The notes: a model not told the origin generated them from the sequence alone. A stretch of DNA of 62,451 bases, filler included, from Choristocarpus tenellus KU-1152 (GCA_964200185.2; 11 parts of 11 records of this genome joined end to end with filler, not necessarily neighbours in it), one strand, 5' to 3'; shown: positions 13,817 through 26,658, counted from the whole stretch's first letter. Translations and numbers: made by a program.

Positions 13817-13885
13817 GGCTCTAAGTATCTGGGAGGGGGTGGCGGCTGTCCATTTGGGGTCAATTTTTTAATGTCGCGATTTTTG
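13817..13885 (+). mobile_element. MITE family A, truncated by contig end
   Basis: GGCTCTAAGTATCTGGGAGGGGGTGGCGGCTGTCCATTT matches the family A left end. Confidence 0.85.
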
Positions 13886-13985
13886 NNNNNNNNNNNNNNN
13901 NNNNNNNNNNNNNNNNNNNNNNNNNNNNNTTAATTAATTAANNNNNNNNNNNNNNNNNNNNNNNNNNNNNNNNNNNNNNNNNNNN
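13886..13985. other. Artificial contig spacer (first of ten)
   Basis: N44-TTAATTAATTAA-N44, with stops in all six frames. Identical spacers at 19005-19104, 22976-23075, 25681-25780, 29687-29786, 38769-38868, 47017-47116, 50475-50574, 54152-54251 and 57040-57139. Confidence 0.98.
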
Positions 13986-14210
13986 AGGCACAACCCCCTC
14001 CCCACCCAGAAAACTTGTTGGATATTTATATATTTTTAATATGCACCATACACCGTTATTGAATTAGTGTCGATTGAGGCGAGCCATTACCCTTTAGCAA
14101 AGGATACCAAAAACCAACAGTTCATTTGAGTCCCTCCCACCCCACCCCATATTGCTTTCTCACCTCAAATCCCCAACCCCTCAGTTTGGAGTCAAACCTC
14201 CCCAACTCAC

Positions 14211-17200
14211 CTTTGTCCAGATACTCCCACGGCAGGGACAAGGAGATGCCGAGAGTACCGTGAGATCTCTGCCGAGGTCAGACCCGCCTTGCCAAGTACG
14301 GTAGACCCACCTCTTGTATTAATATGGCAGAGAGATGAGCAGGGGGGTCGGCGTTTGAGGAACTTATGATGCATGCAACACCAACATTTGAAAATCTACA
14401 AAGTTGGCGCAAGAGTTGTGTTATTGTGGTCAGTTGGCCAATCGGAAGCGCTATTTGAGTCGATGTACTTACGCTGCAACAATCCTCAACCCCCAATGTG
14501 CACCAAAACCTCAAATGGAAGTTGCGTTTGGCAGAGTCCCGGGCACATAGCTTGTCTGCAGTCATGGCCATGGCCACGGGCCGAGTCTCTGGCCATGGCC
14601 ATGTTGTGATACAGTAGTTGATAGCCATGGACTCAGCCATATTCAAACCATTTGACAGACACGGACTTGGTCCTGCTCAAATGATTTGCACCCAGCCAGT
14701 TAGTGGCCAGGGAGTGTTTTAAGTAGTCGACAGCCATGGACCTGGACTGGTTACAACGTTCCATATGTGGCTGGTCGGGAAAAACGCAATTGCCAGACGG
14801 GCCGGCCATGTCATTGCACATCTTGTGAACCCACTCACTCCAAATAAGTACATAGTTGAAAATATTGCATAGATACAGTAATACTTGCTTTAGAGCACTT
14901 GGAAACTTGAAATACGAATTTGGTTCCTGGTACTATTTCAATGGCGGGTTGCTTTCTCTGCTTCTATTCTTTTTTCTATATGATTACATTTACTATGTGC
15001 TATTTACCGCTCAGATTTGACTTGCAGTACAGCTTCTGGTAATGACAAAGAGGCAAAAGATGATGTCATGTGCAAGACACGACGACAACACTCATTCGTC
15101 AAGGGAAAAAAAACTAAAAAAAAGCAAAAAATAAATATACCGATACTAATTAACTTAACTTGTCACGCATACGTGGCTCTGGAATTTCTCAGCTCACGTA
15201 CATGAGCACATTTTTATTATTATTCACAATTAGGATTTAAAAAACAAACAAAAAACAGCAGCAATAACAAAGGGCGTGTTTATTTTGTTTTCACAAATGA
15301 TCAAAGTGGTAGAAATATACCGCCCCATCCGGTGACAATCTGTAGTATGAGATGCAAATATAACATCACCTTCAAACATTTGCACACATTTTTAACGTGA
15401 AGTGGTCGGACGAAGTGGACCAGACGTTTTGAGTCAGACTGGTCCGATGGTAGACCTGTCTAGTTCATGGACTGGACTAGTATAATACCCACTGGACATG
15501 GTCTGCACATATCAGATAAAGTTAGACAGGCCAGTGTACATGGACTGATACAACCCCTAGGGTACATGGACTGATACAATCCCTAGTGTACATGAACCGG
15601 AAAGGTTTGAAAAAATTGGACCAGGTCCGACTGGCGGACATGAACCGATAAAATCCCCAGTGAGTAGAGTATGTTCAAGACATGTAAGGGAATGTTAGTC
15701 CCAACAACTGTGATGGAACGGTACAAAATACCTAGTGGACATGGTCCGGGCTTGTTAGAGAATGTTAGAACCGGTCCGACCAGCGGACATTGAGCGGGAC
15801 ATGTCGGATACTTCTTGGACCGGTCCGGTCCAGAGGCGGAACCGTTTACATTTGCGGACGGGTGAAAACCCCTGATGTCTCGTACTTGGTTCATGCAGTG
15901 GCAAAATGTAGAAGTAAGGAAAATATGGGTGCTGGTTCGCACTAAAGGAGGTGTGAAGTTTGTGTTAAATAGTTATCATGGGTGTCCCTACATTACAGCA
16001 ACTGCGTCAAGCACATGTATGCTTTGTAGATGCTCTCATCAATTCCCCTACACTGTAACTGCCGTACCTCAGCAAAGGCTATTCTGTTCTTGTAGCGCAG
16101 AACAAAAGATCAGATGGAATAGGATGAGTGGGGGAGGCCTCATGTATAATTTGCACAAAAATGGACCAAACAATCACTTAGTTAAGGGTAGTGCTGCGAT
16201 TTTAAAGAGGAATGAAACTTCAACGCACCTCGGTTGGGGTATTCTTTTGGGCAACCCATCTTCCTCTGACTCGGGAAGTACCGATCGTCCACGCGAAGTT
16301 GTATCGATAGCCGACTCAGGCATAGCCCCCTTAATGTCGAGGGACTCACTCTCCGCGGCCGACTTGAAGCATGGCTTCTGAATGCCTTCCCCATCCTCAC
16401 CCCTGTCTATCAAGAGGAAGAGAAGCCAGAGAGGTCACGGGATAGGCTATGGAGAAGCACTCTTGTTATTTATCACATTTCATGCATATGAGTGAAACCT
16501 GCAATTGAACAACGTCGCAAGACTTTCAAGGTCCGTCGCCACGATCACCACGACACAGTCGGCTTTTGGGTGTGTAGCGATAGCGCTATAATACCATGGA
16601 ATAACTTGGGTCGACACGTCAAATCAACGACAAAACTCTGCGTGGCAGCGGTATCTGTTCGCTAATTGCTTCAGTTGTTAAAGCTATGGGTGCACAGCAA
16701 AAATGGAGATCGGACAAGCAAGAGGATCGCAGTGCATCAGGGATGTGCGAGTCACAACAGTATCCAAGACGGGGTAGTGAGCCCAGGAACGATCAAGCCT
16801 TGCGGAGTCACAGGCCTTGGACAGCCCTGTGGGCAACGACATGTCACCTTCGTGTTTTGAATGCAAAGCAAAGGCATCAGAAGAACGATCCTCCGTCTCT
16901 TTCTTTAGCTTTTTCACAAGCTCAATCAATTCTGCGTTGTCTAAATTGATTTGTGTCACCTGTCGAAGGAGATAAGAGATGTTGACCATGTGAGAATGCG
17001 ATAGCTGGGGTTAACTTCGTATCCTTTTTAGGACTCAAGCGTGGGATATTGTCGAAATCGAAAACGATTCCTGCTCAAAGGGGGTGGGCAGAAGGGCTGA
17101 GGTATTGGAGGTATGCTAGAGATGTGTCCTTGAAGTCAGAACACAACAGGCCAACCCACTTCCGAAGTCCTTATACTAGAACTAGATAGATTCCTAGCAA

Positions 17201-17240
17201 AAACTAGCACACTCACATGCAAATTTCCTTCGTCCATCAT
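14211..17240 (-). CDS. MOCS3: Adenylyltransferase/sulfurtransferase MOCS3/UBA4 (ThiF family), first four exons, 3'-partial
   Basis: Exons 17240-17217, 16959-16848, 16406-16229 and 14312-14211 splice in phase to MMDEGNLH-VTQINLDNAELIELVKKLKKE...-...GLTSAEISRYSRHLLVPAVGVSGQR. An N-terminal coiled coil followed by L...EI.RYSRHL..P.VGV.GQ is the MOCS3/UBA4/CNX5 architecture. Confidence 0.8.
15400..15874 (-). mobile_element. hAT-like transposon end with subterminal repeats, inside the MOCS3 intron
   Basis: Terminus reads CAGGGGTTTTCACCCG on the minus strand, followed by dense GGACC/GGTCC/GGACAT motifs and a ~26-bp tandem duplication (15534-15597). No partner TIR or 8-bp TSD found. Confidence 0.5.
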
Positions 17241-17465
17241 CAATGTTCCTAGCTCCTCCTCCCTTCCTGCTTATACGCGTTGAATGCACCTAGTTCTCAT
17301 GCGAGTTTAATTTTCTGAGGGTGGGTGTACGTATAATGATCGGAGGCGGTATCTCGTACCCGAATGAATCATTTTGATTGGCCCACCAGAAGAAGCCATC
17401 ATGTCCCTTACGTTCCACACTCAAAGTTCAGATCTGGCACCTGAAGAGGGAGGATTAGCCAAACC
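17241..17465. promoter_or_regulatory. Putative bidirectional promoter
   Basis: 225 bp between divergent ATGs (17240 minus, 17466 plus); reverse CCAAT box (ATTGG) at 17377-17381. Confidence 0.55.
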
Positions 17466-18069
17466 ATGGACGCAATCGACTTTACCGTGAGTTCCCTCCT
17501 CTCTTGGTTCAGTGATAAGACAAATGTTCTGGTGTGTCATGCTGGGGCGTCGATTTTTTCTGTCTGTGGCGAACGTGTAATGATCCATGCCCCTTCCCTC
17601 AGCATATCATGTGATGGTGCTGCAAGCTAAAGGTAGCGCCAGGTTTTACTGTTTAGTAGCAGTGCTTTCGCAATCGTTGTTGATCAGATTGTCCTCTCCC
17701 AGCACCCCTCTTATGATAGGATTAGTGTGTGTCTTCGCCAGACTCCATTTCCAGCATCTTCTTCTCTTTGGTGACCTTTCTATATGAATGAATCATAATA
17801 TCACCGATTTTTTGTCAGGGGAGATTGGTGTGCTCTTTGGCATCCGATCCTGACTTTCCCTCGTGGTACCTACCACTCCATCTCCCGCATTTTGGTCGCT
17901 ACTTCTATCTATCGGCTTTGTGTTTCACAAGTCAACCTCCGAGCGCATCTTACTCCATGAAACATCAATGCCGTTTTTTCCATCTCCACAGGATCCAAAG
18001 GTCATCCTAGCTATTGCCTTGGCTATTGTGACCACCTTGGTGCTGCTCCGAGTTCTCACCAAGAAAAAT
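17466..18069 (+). CDS. Protein with N-terminal signal anchor, first two exons, 3'-partial; function unknown
   Basis: accATG; exon 17466-17486 (|gtgagt) plus exon 17992-18069 (cag|...|gtgagc) gives MDAIDFTDPKVILAIALAIVTTLVLLRVLTKKN, a hydrophobic helix followed by basic residues. Confidence 0.65.
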
Positions 18070-19104
18070 GTGAGCCAGCCATTCTCCGTCTGTTACCCTG
18101 AGCTCTATGCAACCATGGTTCACCTCCCCTCCAACCATGATCCGTCACGGTATCTGTCGCACAAGTACCACAAAACCAAAAACGTGCTCAATGGTTGACA
18201 CGGTCGTCCCCTCCATGATAATGGGATGTTCTTCCTATTGAGAGAGGCCATTGGGTACTCTCCCTCACCCAATGTGTTATGCTTAAATATCGTGCACTTG
18301 CTGGGCTCATATTTGTTAGGGTTTTAAGGTATGAAAAGAGTAAGCAAAGTGCAACCTTCCGGGTCTGCTGAGTTGAAATGATTGCTTACCACCTATTGCT
18401 CACTCCCTTACTCTAATAATTGGTGTCATGTACGTAGTACTTGGCTTTCAATGCCTGCAACTTCCAGGAGAAACTTGTTAATCTGAGCCCAACGCCTCTC
18501 TTATCTATTCATGCCCTGTCATGCGAGAGTACATTTCAACATCCTGCTTATCTTGCTCCCACGACATGAGTTGGTGAAGTAACATCCAACGTTGTGATCT
18601 CCATGAAAACATGTAGGACATTGGCTGAACATATATCGTGAAATATATACCCCATTGATAAGGCCCTGGAAAACACCAAATTGTACTTTAGCGACCACCA
18701 ATATAACAATAGCTCTTTGATTCGTGTGCTCCAATGCACCACAAGCAACAAGCACACAAGGGTATTGTCGATTGCTCTTTGTGTAAGTGCGCCAACATGC
18801 ATGTAGTACCAGTTACACACTCTAGTGTCCCCTTTAGACATTTCTGAACATTGCCAAGGGAAGCAAGATCCGCTGGAGACTTTTGCTGCCTATTCTTCCA
18901 AGCTGCTCGCAATATCAGCTGTAGGGGTACGAAGAGTGCACTGCTGAGTCTGGCGTTGACATTTTTATCAAAGCGTTTTTTTCCTATGCTGCCCTTGATT
19001 TTATNNNNNNNNNNNNNNNNNNNNNNNNNNNNNNNNNNNNNNNNNNNNTTAATTAATTAANNNNNNNNNNNNNNNNNNNNNNNNNNNNNNNNNNNNNNNN
19101 NNNN

Positions 19105-19166
19105 CGCGACATGAAAAAATTGACCCCAAATGGACAGCTGCCACCCCGTCCCAGATACTTTGAGCC
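19105..19166 (-). mobile_element. MITE family A, truncated by contig start
   Basis: ...AAATGGACAGCTGCCACCCCGTCCCAGATACTTTGAGCC. Confidence 0.85.
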
Positions 19167-19393
19167 ATCTAGCTGTTTGTAGATTCAGATATGATGGGTA
19201 CAGTAGGCTTGACGGTGCAATGAAGAATTCTTACCACTTCATTCACAGAGGAAGTAAGGGTGACACTAAAACGAAAGACAGCCAAAGCCTGGATACCTCT
19301 CCTTTACTCGGGTTCATTGCCAGTCTTCCTACTTCAGATTAGCCAATTTAGAAGTTAGTTACGATTCTTCACGGAAAGCACAGTTTCGGGACT

Positions 19394-19663
19394 GGGTCAA
19401 AGTAAACGAGAAGTACCCAGGTTTTGACAGCTTTGCATTTTAAGCCTGTCTTTTCATTTTTTTTTGCCATTCACTCTTATTTCCATGTGTTTTCTACATA
19501 TGAAGTACTAACTCGACTTGAGAGAGTTGATTTCTGTATTGTTTTGAGTAATTTTTGACAGAATCAAGAACATTCCCTACTATACACGTTTTTACAAAAA
19601 GCCAACATTTGTACATACTTGTTGGCATCCTCAAACATGGGTATCTCTCGTTTACCTTGACTC
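19394..19663 (+). mobile_element. MITE family D, full-length
   Basis: TIRs GGGTCAAAGTAAACGAGAAGTACCC ... GGGTATCTCTCGTTTACCTTGACTC; TSD ACT/ACT; interior alignable with 58595-58854. Confidence 0.9.
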
Positions 19664-19692
19664 ACTAGCAACCCACACTCCTCACCACCTCC

Positions 19693-19877
19693 AGACCAAA
19701 GTATCTGGGGAGGGGGGGGGGTCTACACCAAGATGTCCGTTCGGACCAAAATAAGGAAAAGTGCATTTATTTACAGTATCCATCCGACGTATGCAACTAA
19801 ATCGCCCAAAAATCTCGACATGAAAAATTGACCCCAAATAAATGGACAGCCGCCACCCCCTACAGATACTTTGAGCC
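19693..19877 (-). mobile_element. MITE family A, full-length
   Basis: AGACCAAAGTATCTGGG ... CAGATACTTTGAGCC; TSD TCC/TCC. Confidence 0.9.
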
Positions 19878-20541
19878 TCCAAATAGGAGCAGGAATGCAC
19901 ATTATGTATGCGACCATCCTACAGTATAGTCTGAAGAAAAAGTATGCACATCAGCGCATCGAAAAAGGCTGCATGCTTCACGTGCTTGAGCAACTCGTCT
20001 TTCGCTAGAAAGTTCAACGGTTTATTATGAAGATAAGGTAACCCTGACATTCGCCTACTATAAAATACATTGTCACTATTATTAATATTTTATTATGCCC
20101 TCTAACATATTGGAGACGTGCCACAAGAAAAACTAATGAGAACTATTCACATGTCTGAATAATCCCAAAAGAAGTAACAGTTGTCACAAAATTGTTATTA
20201 TAGTACTAGTGAGTATTAATAAAATACTGTGTTTGTAAGTACTTAAAAAAAAAACTATTATACTAGTAGTTAGTGTGTTACAACATTTTATCGTTCGTTA
20301 TGTTTTTTGGTAAGTGCGAGGTTGAAGAGGGCTTCAAAGGATTGGAAGGCATTGGTTGGTGCGCAAGGTTGTCTTCTATCCTATGTTTGTGTCTGTTATC
20401 GCGACTAAGGCAAACTCGATTCAGGGTACCCTACTGCATAGTCCAGGGATTAAACCGTAAAGAGTAGAGATAAAACTAGACGTGGCTAGTACTAGCGCTG
20501 AAAGTGGAGAGAAGACGCTGTGGGAGGGTCTTATCTGCACT

Positions 20542-22313
20542 ATGAGAAGTGGCCACCGGCTAGCCACAGGCTGTGGAATCGCCATGTTGCTTCGGCCCAT
20601 ACAGACCAATGCCCTACGCTTTGGGATTCGGGGTACGGGTGAGGAAAGATTTCAATCTGGGGGATCAATTATTGCTTGACCGCATGGTGACGGACGCTCT
20701 GCAACTGTCCTGGGGATGAACCTGTCGATGGTCAGCAGATGAAGCACCATGAATCCTGAGATTGGGAGTTGTCCCTGCAACTTCTAGCTCTTGCATTTTC
20801 TAACTAGATGAAGAGTTGTTTCATATTCTGGGTGTATTGCATGGTCGAGCCCGTTCCTCACATAGGCAAGCACGAGAACGTAACCCTTTGCAAACATGAA
20901 CTTCAACTTTCAGTTCCTCGTCGCTTGATCCACAAGACGGCCCAACGCCCACCCCACAGTCCCTAAACCCCGTTGAAGCGGATGATGTCATGAAAATGAC
21001 ATGCTAAATGGAATGACTCTTTCGTTTTCACCCGTATAACAAATCTTCTCTCTCCAGGTCGATCTGGCGTGAGGCAAGATTCTTTTACGAGGTGGCCTTC
21101 TGCCACGAGGCTGTTGGCGGTCTCGGCCCCAAAGGGCGCTCCAGATTTGGCAGGTGGGGTGACCTCGGAGGTCGGGGGTGGGGAAGAGTTGGGCGCTACT
21201 ACCGATGCTGAAGTGTCCATGGATGACCTAGTGAATTTGTGCAAGAGGAGGGGATTCGTCTTCCCATCTTCTGAGGTAAGTAAGACAACCTTCCATGTTT
21301 CTAAGCTCTGTCTAGCTGTTGCGAATGCTGATAGGATTCGTGCATTCTATCCAGTACGGTGGAGAGTCAGATGTCCTCGCGCACGTACATTCACTCCTTG
21401 GTGGAATCCTACAGTGTTCTTCATTTGCACCATTCAGCAGGAAGCTGCCAGCCGACGTCTTTGCATGCGTTATGTGTGCCACATGTGTCTGCATATAGGC
21501 ACTGTGCAATGTCTGATTCTGTGTGCTGGATTTAGCAGAGGGAATTTTCGTATGTGTCTCTGTATGGTCAACACATATTGCATGAGCTTCCGTTAGTGTC
21601 GGGGCTGAGAACTTCCCAAGGCCGTGGTAGATCTTCATGCGCGGCACGTGTTTAATGGAATGAAAGTAAACTCAAGAGGATCCATCATGGGCCGACAACA
21701 ATAAGGTCTTGTCATGTCCAAAAAGTACAAGAATAACAGTGAGACACAGGGAACGAACGTTTTGCGGAACATTAGCTCTTCACGTATCACCACAGTAGGA
21801 TCCGCTGTGTTGTACAGTTTACAATGATAGTGCAGCAAGCACCGTAATAGTACTTTCACTATCTCATCATGCTTGCATCACCAGGAGGAAGATAGTAATC
21901 CCAGATGAGGAATAGTGAAAGGCTGTGTTCAGTATACTCCAGTATACCCTCTTTATACTGTTACATGGTTGATTGTCTTTCACTAGTAGAGTGTAGAAAC
22001 TCATGGCTCCCTATTACGTCTCAACCTGTTTTCCAATTCTATCCCTGCGTTGGTCCTTCCCTTTACCCTCGCCCACCTACTCCAAAGTCAATCCTTACCT
22101 CGGGCCCTGACTGTCATGGCGTCGGCCCCTTCAATCTTATTTAGTTGCATTTTTTGGTTCCTTCAGATCTATAATGGCTTTGCAGGGTTCTTTGACTATG
22201 GGCCACTGGGGGTGGAGCTGAAAAAGAACATCAAAGACGCCTGGTGGAGGGATGTGGTGCAGGCTAGGGATGATATAGTGGGACTGGACTCCTCCATCAT
22301 TGGCAACCCAAAG
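20542..22313 (+). CDS. glyQS: Glycyl-tRNA synthetase (alpha2 type), probably organelle-targeted, first three exons, 3'-partial
   Basis: Exons 20542-20632, 21058-21275 and 22167-22313 splice in phase. Core [19 protein letters not shown]|[45 protein letters not shown] is the GlyRS-1 N-terminus, preceded by an Arg-rich presequence. Confidence 0.92.
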
Positions 22314-25300
22314 GTTTATTTGTTGTTTTGTACATTTGTTGGGTTATTTTGTTGGGATGCTGGTTTCCTCTTTTCTTGGCAGTTGATTGGTTTTTGTTCT
22401 GCTGTACAGTAGACAGTTGCAATTTGTTGGTGGGTGTTGGTTGATTGGCTGTTGCTGGTTTTCAGTTGGTTGATCAGTTTGTGCTGCGGGGATGTAAATC
22501 TGTTTGCTGTCCATTTGGAGGTATGATATGAATGTGAAGATACTGTCGACGGTGTTATTGATGTGACTTAGATGTCTTGTAAGTAATAAATATGTTTTGT
22601 AAGCAATAAACCTCGTAGCATGTAACATCATACTCACCCAGTGACCCCCCCATGTTTGATCGGTGGCAATTTCTGATTGCATAGGAAAATAGGTGGCCCA
22701 ATGAAGTCCTGTTTACATCCCAGATGTGGTTTTGGGTTGGTTGGGTGTCTGTTCTTACTGTGTTGAGTTGACTTGTTTTTTACTCTTCAAGTGCAGGAGC
22801 CGTGGGGTAGATGAAGTGTGTTATTGGTTGGATGTTGTTTGTGCCTCTTAGGTATGCGCAGGTCTTGTTGTATGTTGGGTGATTAGTGAATGAGTCCGTA
22901 GCAGGGGGGGGGAGTAGGCGTGACTGATGCCTCTGTGACACTCATAACTTTTCTACAGCTTGCTGACCAATTGGTNNNNNNNNNNNNNNNNNNNNNNNNN
23001 NNNNNNNNNNNNNNNNNNNTTAATTAATTAANNNNNNNNNNNNNNNNNNNNNNNNNNNNNNNNNNNNNNNNNNNNCCCAGATACTTTGGGTAATTGATGC
23101 ACGAGGCTATGCACAAGAACATCACGACATATCTCGCCTTTGGTAGTTACAACACAAGGACTCTGGACTACAAATCAGCAGCAATACTTTCTTTATGAGG
23201 ATAACTATATCCTAAACCGATAGGTGCATCAAATGTAGCACATGCAAGACGTTCATGCCTCCGACACCACCATAAGTACCTCTATCCTGACAACGTGTGT
23301 GAGTATCGACCTTTTTTCCACAGAAACTTTGTGAAGGTCAAGAAATGATCCTTAAAATGTTGAGCCAATCTCTTCGGGAGGGGTAAATACGACATATGCT
23401 GTTAGGACCTGCAGGTCGTGTCACCTGTCCAATTTTTTTGGACAAAGACGATATCGATACTGCACGAGGACTTGCCAAGAAATCCTACACGTAGCTCCTC
23501 TTTAGCAATTAGAAAAGAGGTCGACGCAGTTAATACCCCACGTAGAGTTCGTGTCATTGTCTGATTTACACGGAGATACCGATGCACATAAACTACTTGT
23601 GCAGAAATATTGGTACGAACTTAGCTTTTCTTTGACAGCTATGAACAGTCCGACATACTTCTTACCCAGTACAGTTCGTGTCACCAGTTGTCAATTTGTG
23701 TTTGAAGAGGTATCTGTACATGAGTTGCAGCTCAAGAACATCATTGGCACGTACCTCCTCTTTAGCATACACAAAACAGATACCAAACAAGAGTCAGATT
23801 TCTTATTGCGTACAGGGCGCATCACCAGTCCAACTAGCACAAAGATGATGCAAGTGAACAAGTCTGTCATCACCCACAATAATAATAATAGTAGTAGTAG
23901 TAGTAGTATGATTGCACGATTAGCATTATCTGTGATAAACAGGATGGGGCTGCTCATCGACAATGTTTTTGTTACCAATGCTATGTTGCTTCCACAACTC
24001 TTGTTCATCAATAGGCAGACAAATGATATAGATGCACAATAATAAAGGGCAAAGCTATCTACTACCTAGGAAATCCACTCTTTACTATAAACACACTATG
24101 TTCATGTATGAAGAAGACGCCTATTTGTCGAGGAATGATACATTACGTGTTTGCGGCAAAAGTATGGGACTGATCAGAAACGCGACTGAATAGAAAATCT
24201 CTAAGATGCCTGGTTCATGGGATTGGTGCATGTACTGGACACTGGGTGATCGATCACCTGCACCAATTTTATTGCGATATTGACCCCATCACACCGCAGA
24301 TGACTGACCCATCTCAAGGAAGTGTAACCGTTCTTCTCATTACCAGTTATTTTACTTATACTACTAGCACTGCTTCTACTGTACAATGTATTGCTTCAAA
24401 CAAAAATATATATATACATGCGCACACATGAAGCAACTGGAGGATTAGGATGGAGGGTATTGTGAGATGGGGGACCAAAGCGATACAAATCCACAAACTC
24501 AACACTAGCTACTATATATATTCCAATTCGTAAGTTGTTTGAGCATCTTCACAGTGTCTTCCATTAAAAACATGTGAAAATTCAACAGTCATGCCATGAT
24601 TCCAACAAAAAATATGGCATCGTCTTGATCACTTCCAAGCAAGGATCTGGAGTCAACAGAAAGCAGTAGCAACAGCTGAGATCTATGGCTATTGATTTAG
24701 AGCTGTTTTGCTGCATGTATCTTGTAAAGAACCCCTCCTACTGTCCACATGACAACTTTCTGCTTGTTGGCCCCCACCCCACCCATAGCAAGAGCAAACA
24801 CACACACACACATACACATAAATATATGTATGTAATCCACGACTACATAGCTCTACTGATCAGTAACTATATTTATGTATGCCAATTTACCCATAGAAAA
24901 CTATTATCGCAGTACAAACCGCAATGCAGCTTCTACTCCACAACACCAAACACACTTGTCACAAAAGTGTCAAGTCAGTCAGACACAGAATCGCACAAAA
25001 CATAAACAATAGGAGTAGACACCGGCTCTCTCTCTCTCTCTCTCACTCACTCACTCACACAAACAAACACATACGCACACAGGTTGCCCACGGCCACAGA
25101 TGAAGAAACAAGGGTAGTGAGAAAGGGAGAGTGAGCAAAGAGAGCGATATAAGGAGTGCAAATGTGTGTCGCCTGCAGGCTGTCTGTGGTGACCAAGAAC
25201 CCCAGCAGCCAGCCATGTATGCCGCAATCTTCTTGTGTGCCTTAGTTAAAAAAAAATACAAGTGGGCAGTGAATGATTAAAGACGATATTCGAAGGATCC

Positions 25301-25628
25301 TGGTCTGCTTGAAGTGCTAAGCAGTAGTAGCACCGTGTAGTACCCACATAGTACTACTTCAACACAACAAAACCGCCATTCAACCAAAAAAAGCCACACC
25401 CTCAACTATGCAAAACAAGCAGCGAGGAGAGCTCTAAGCATCAACAGCCTCACCCACTCGGTGGAGTCACATCCAACATACGGAGTAGGAGGACACAAGT
25501 AATGTGCAACGTTCTCCCAAAACCTGACCTTGTCTTAACAGTGCGATTTAGCTGGAAAACACAGCCATAGCCTTTAGAATTAATTGAGATACCCCCCCGA
25601 AGTTCTAGATACCCCTCCTCCTTTAACC

Positions 25629-25680
<52 letters not shown>

Positions 25681-25780
25681 NNNNNNNNNNNNNNNNNNNN
25701 NNNNNNNNNNNNNNNNNNNNNNNNTTAATTAATTAANNNNNNNNNNNNNNNNNNNNNNNNNNNNNNNNNNNNNNNNNNNN

Positions 25781-25820
25781 CAAATGGACAGCCGCCACCC
25801 CCTCCCAGATACTTTGAGCC
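25781..25820 (-). mobile_element. MITE family A terminus at contig start (a further TIR stub lies at 23076-23091)
   Basis: CAAATGGACAGCCGCCACCCCCTCCCAGATACTTTGAGCC. Confidence 0.85.
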
Positions 25821-26224
25821 ACTTGTGCAATCCATTGACTTTTCCAGGGTGAAACTCAGAGGATCGTTGAAGGGTACTTTCCTATACTTGCACCCGCTAC
25901 CATTCACGAGGTAGATGTGTACCTCTCTGGGACATTTGATTTGTTTTTCATTTTGTACCCTTCGCGACCGATTCTCGTTGCCAGCCTGGTACTGTTCACC
26001 CCTTCATCTGCACTCATTGTTACCAATGTGGTGTAGTCACTCCCCTTGCGTGAGAAAGTGGATTTATATTAGGCATTTATCCCAAGGAAACCCATTTTTC
26101 AACCTAATTCTTCTCACTCTAGGTGGACAGTATGAGGGTGTCGTTCAAGGTCTATGTGGGCGCATGGAGGTAAGGGCTTCCTCCGTATTGTACCTCCGAT
26201 GCATAAGAGGACTGAGACTTTCCT

Positions 26225-26658
26225 CGAGTATGTGATGGAGACCCAGACCAACATGCGAGGAACCAGAAAAACTGAAAGTCTGTGAAGAGAGAGGTTTGAT
26301 CAACAGTCTTGGTGACCTTCTGAAGGGTTTTCGACTGCCCAGGGCTACAGACTTTGGCCTCAAGCTGTTGTGTTGTCGAAATATTTGCAGATATATCTTA
26401 CAACGAGTACGTGATGTAGGTCCAAACCGATATGAGAGGATCCAGAAAAACTGAAAGTCTGTGAAGAGAGAGGTTTGATCAACAGTCTTGGTGACCTTCT
26501 GAAGGGTTTTCGACTGCCCAGGGCTGCAGACTTTGGCCTCAAGCTGTTGTGTTGTCGAAATATTTGCAGATATATCTTACAGCGAGTACGTGATGTAGGT
26601 CCAAACCGATATGAGAGGAAGCAGAAAACTGGAAGCCTGGAGAGAGAAGTTTGATCAA
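26225..26658. repeat. Tandem repeat, 179-bp unit, about 2.4 copies
   Basis: CAGAAAA(A)CTG recurs near 26263, 26442 and 26621; the first two units are nearly identical over most of their length. Confidence 0.9.

Noticed and set aside
23551-24042. 163-aa ORF
   Set aside because: Contains AAT/AGT microsatellite and has no recognisable motif or splice structure.
26225-26658. CRISPR interpretation of this or the 25-, 32- and 14-bp arrays
   Set aside because: Units are directly contiguous without unique spacers; no cas genes; eukaryotic context.
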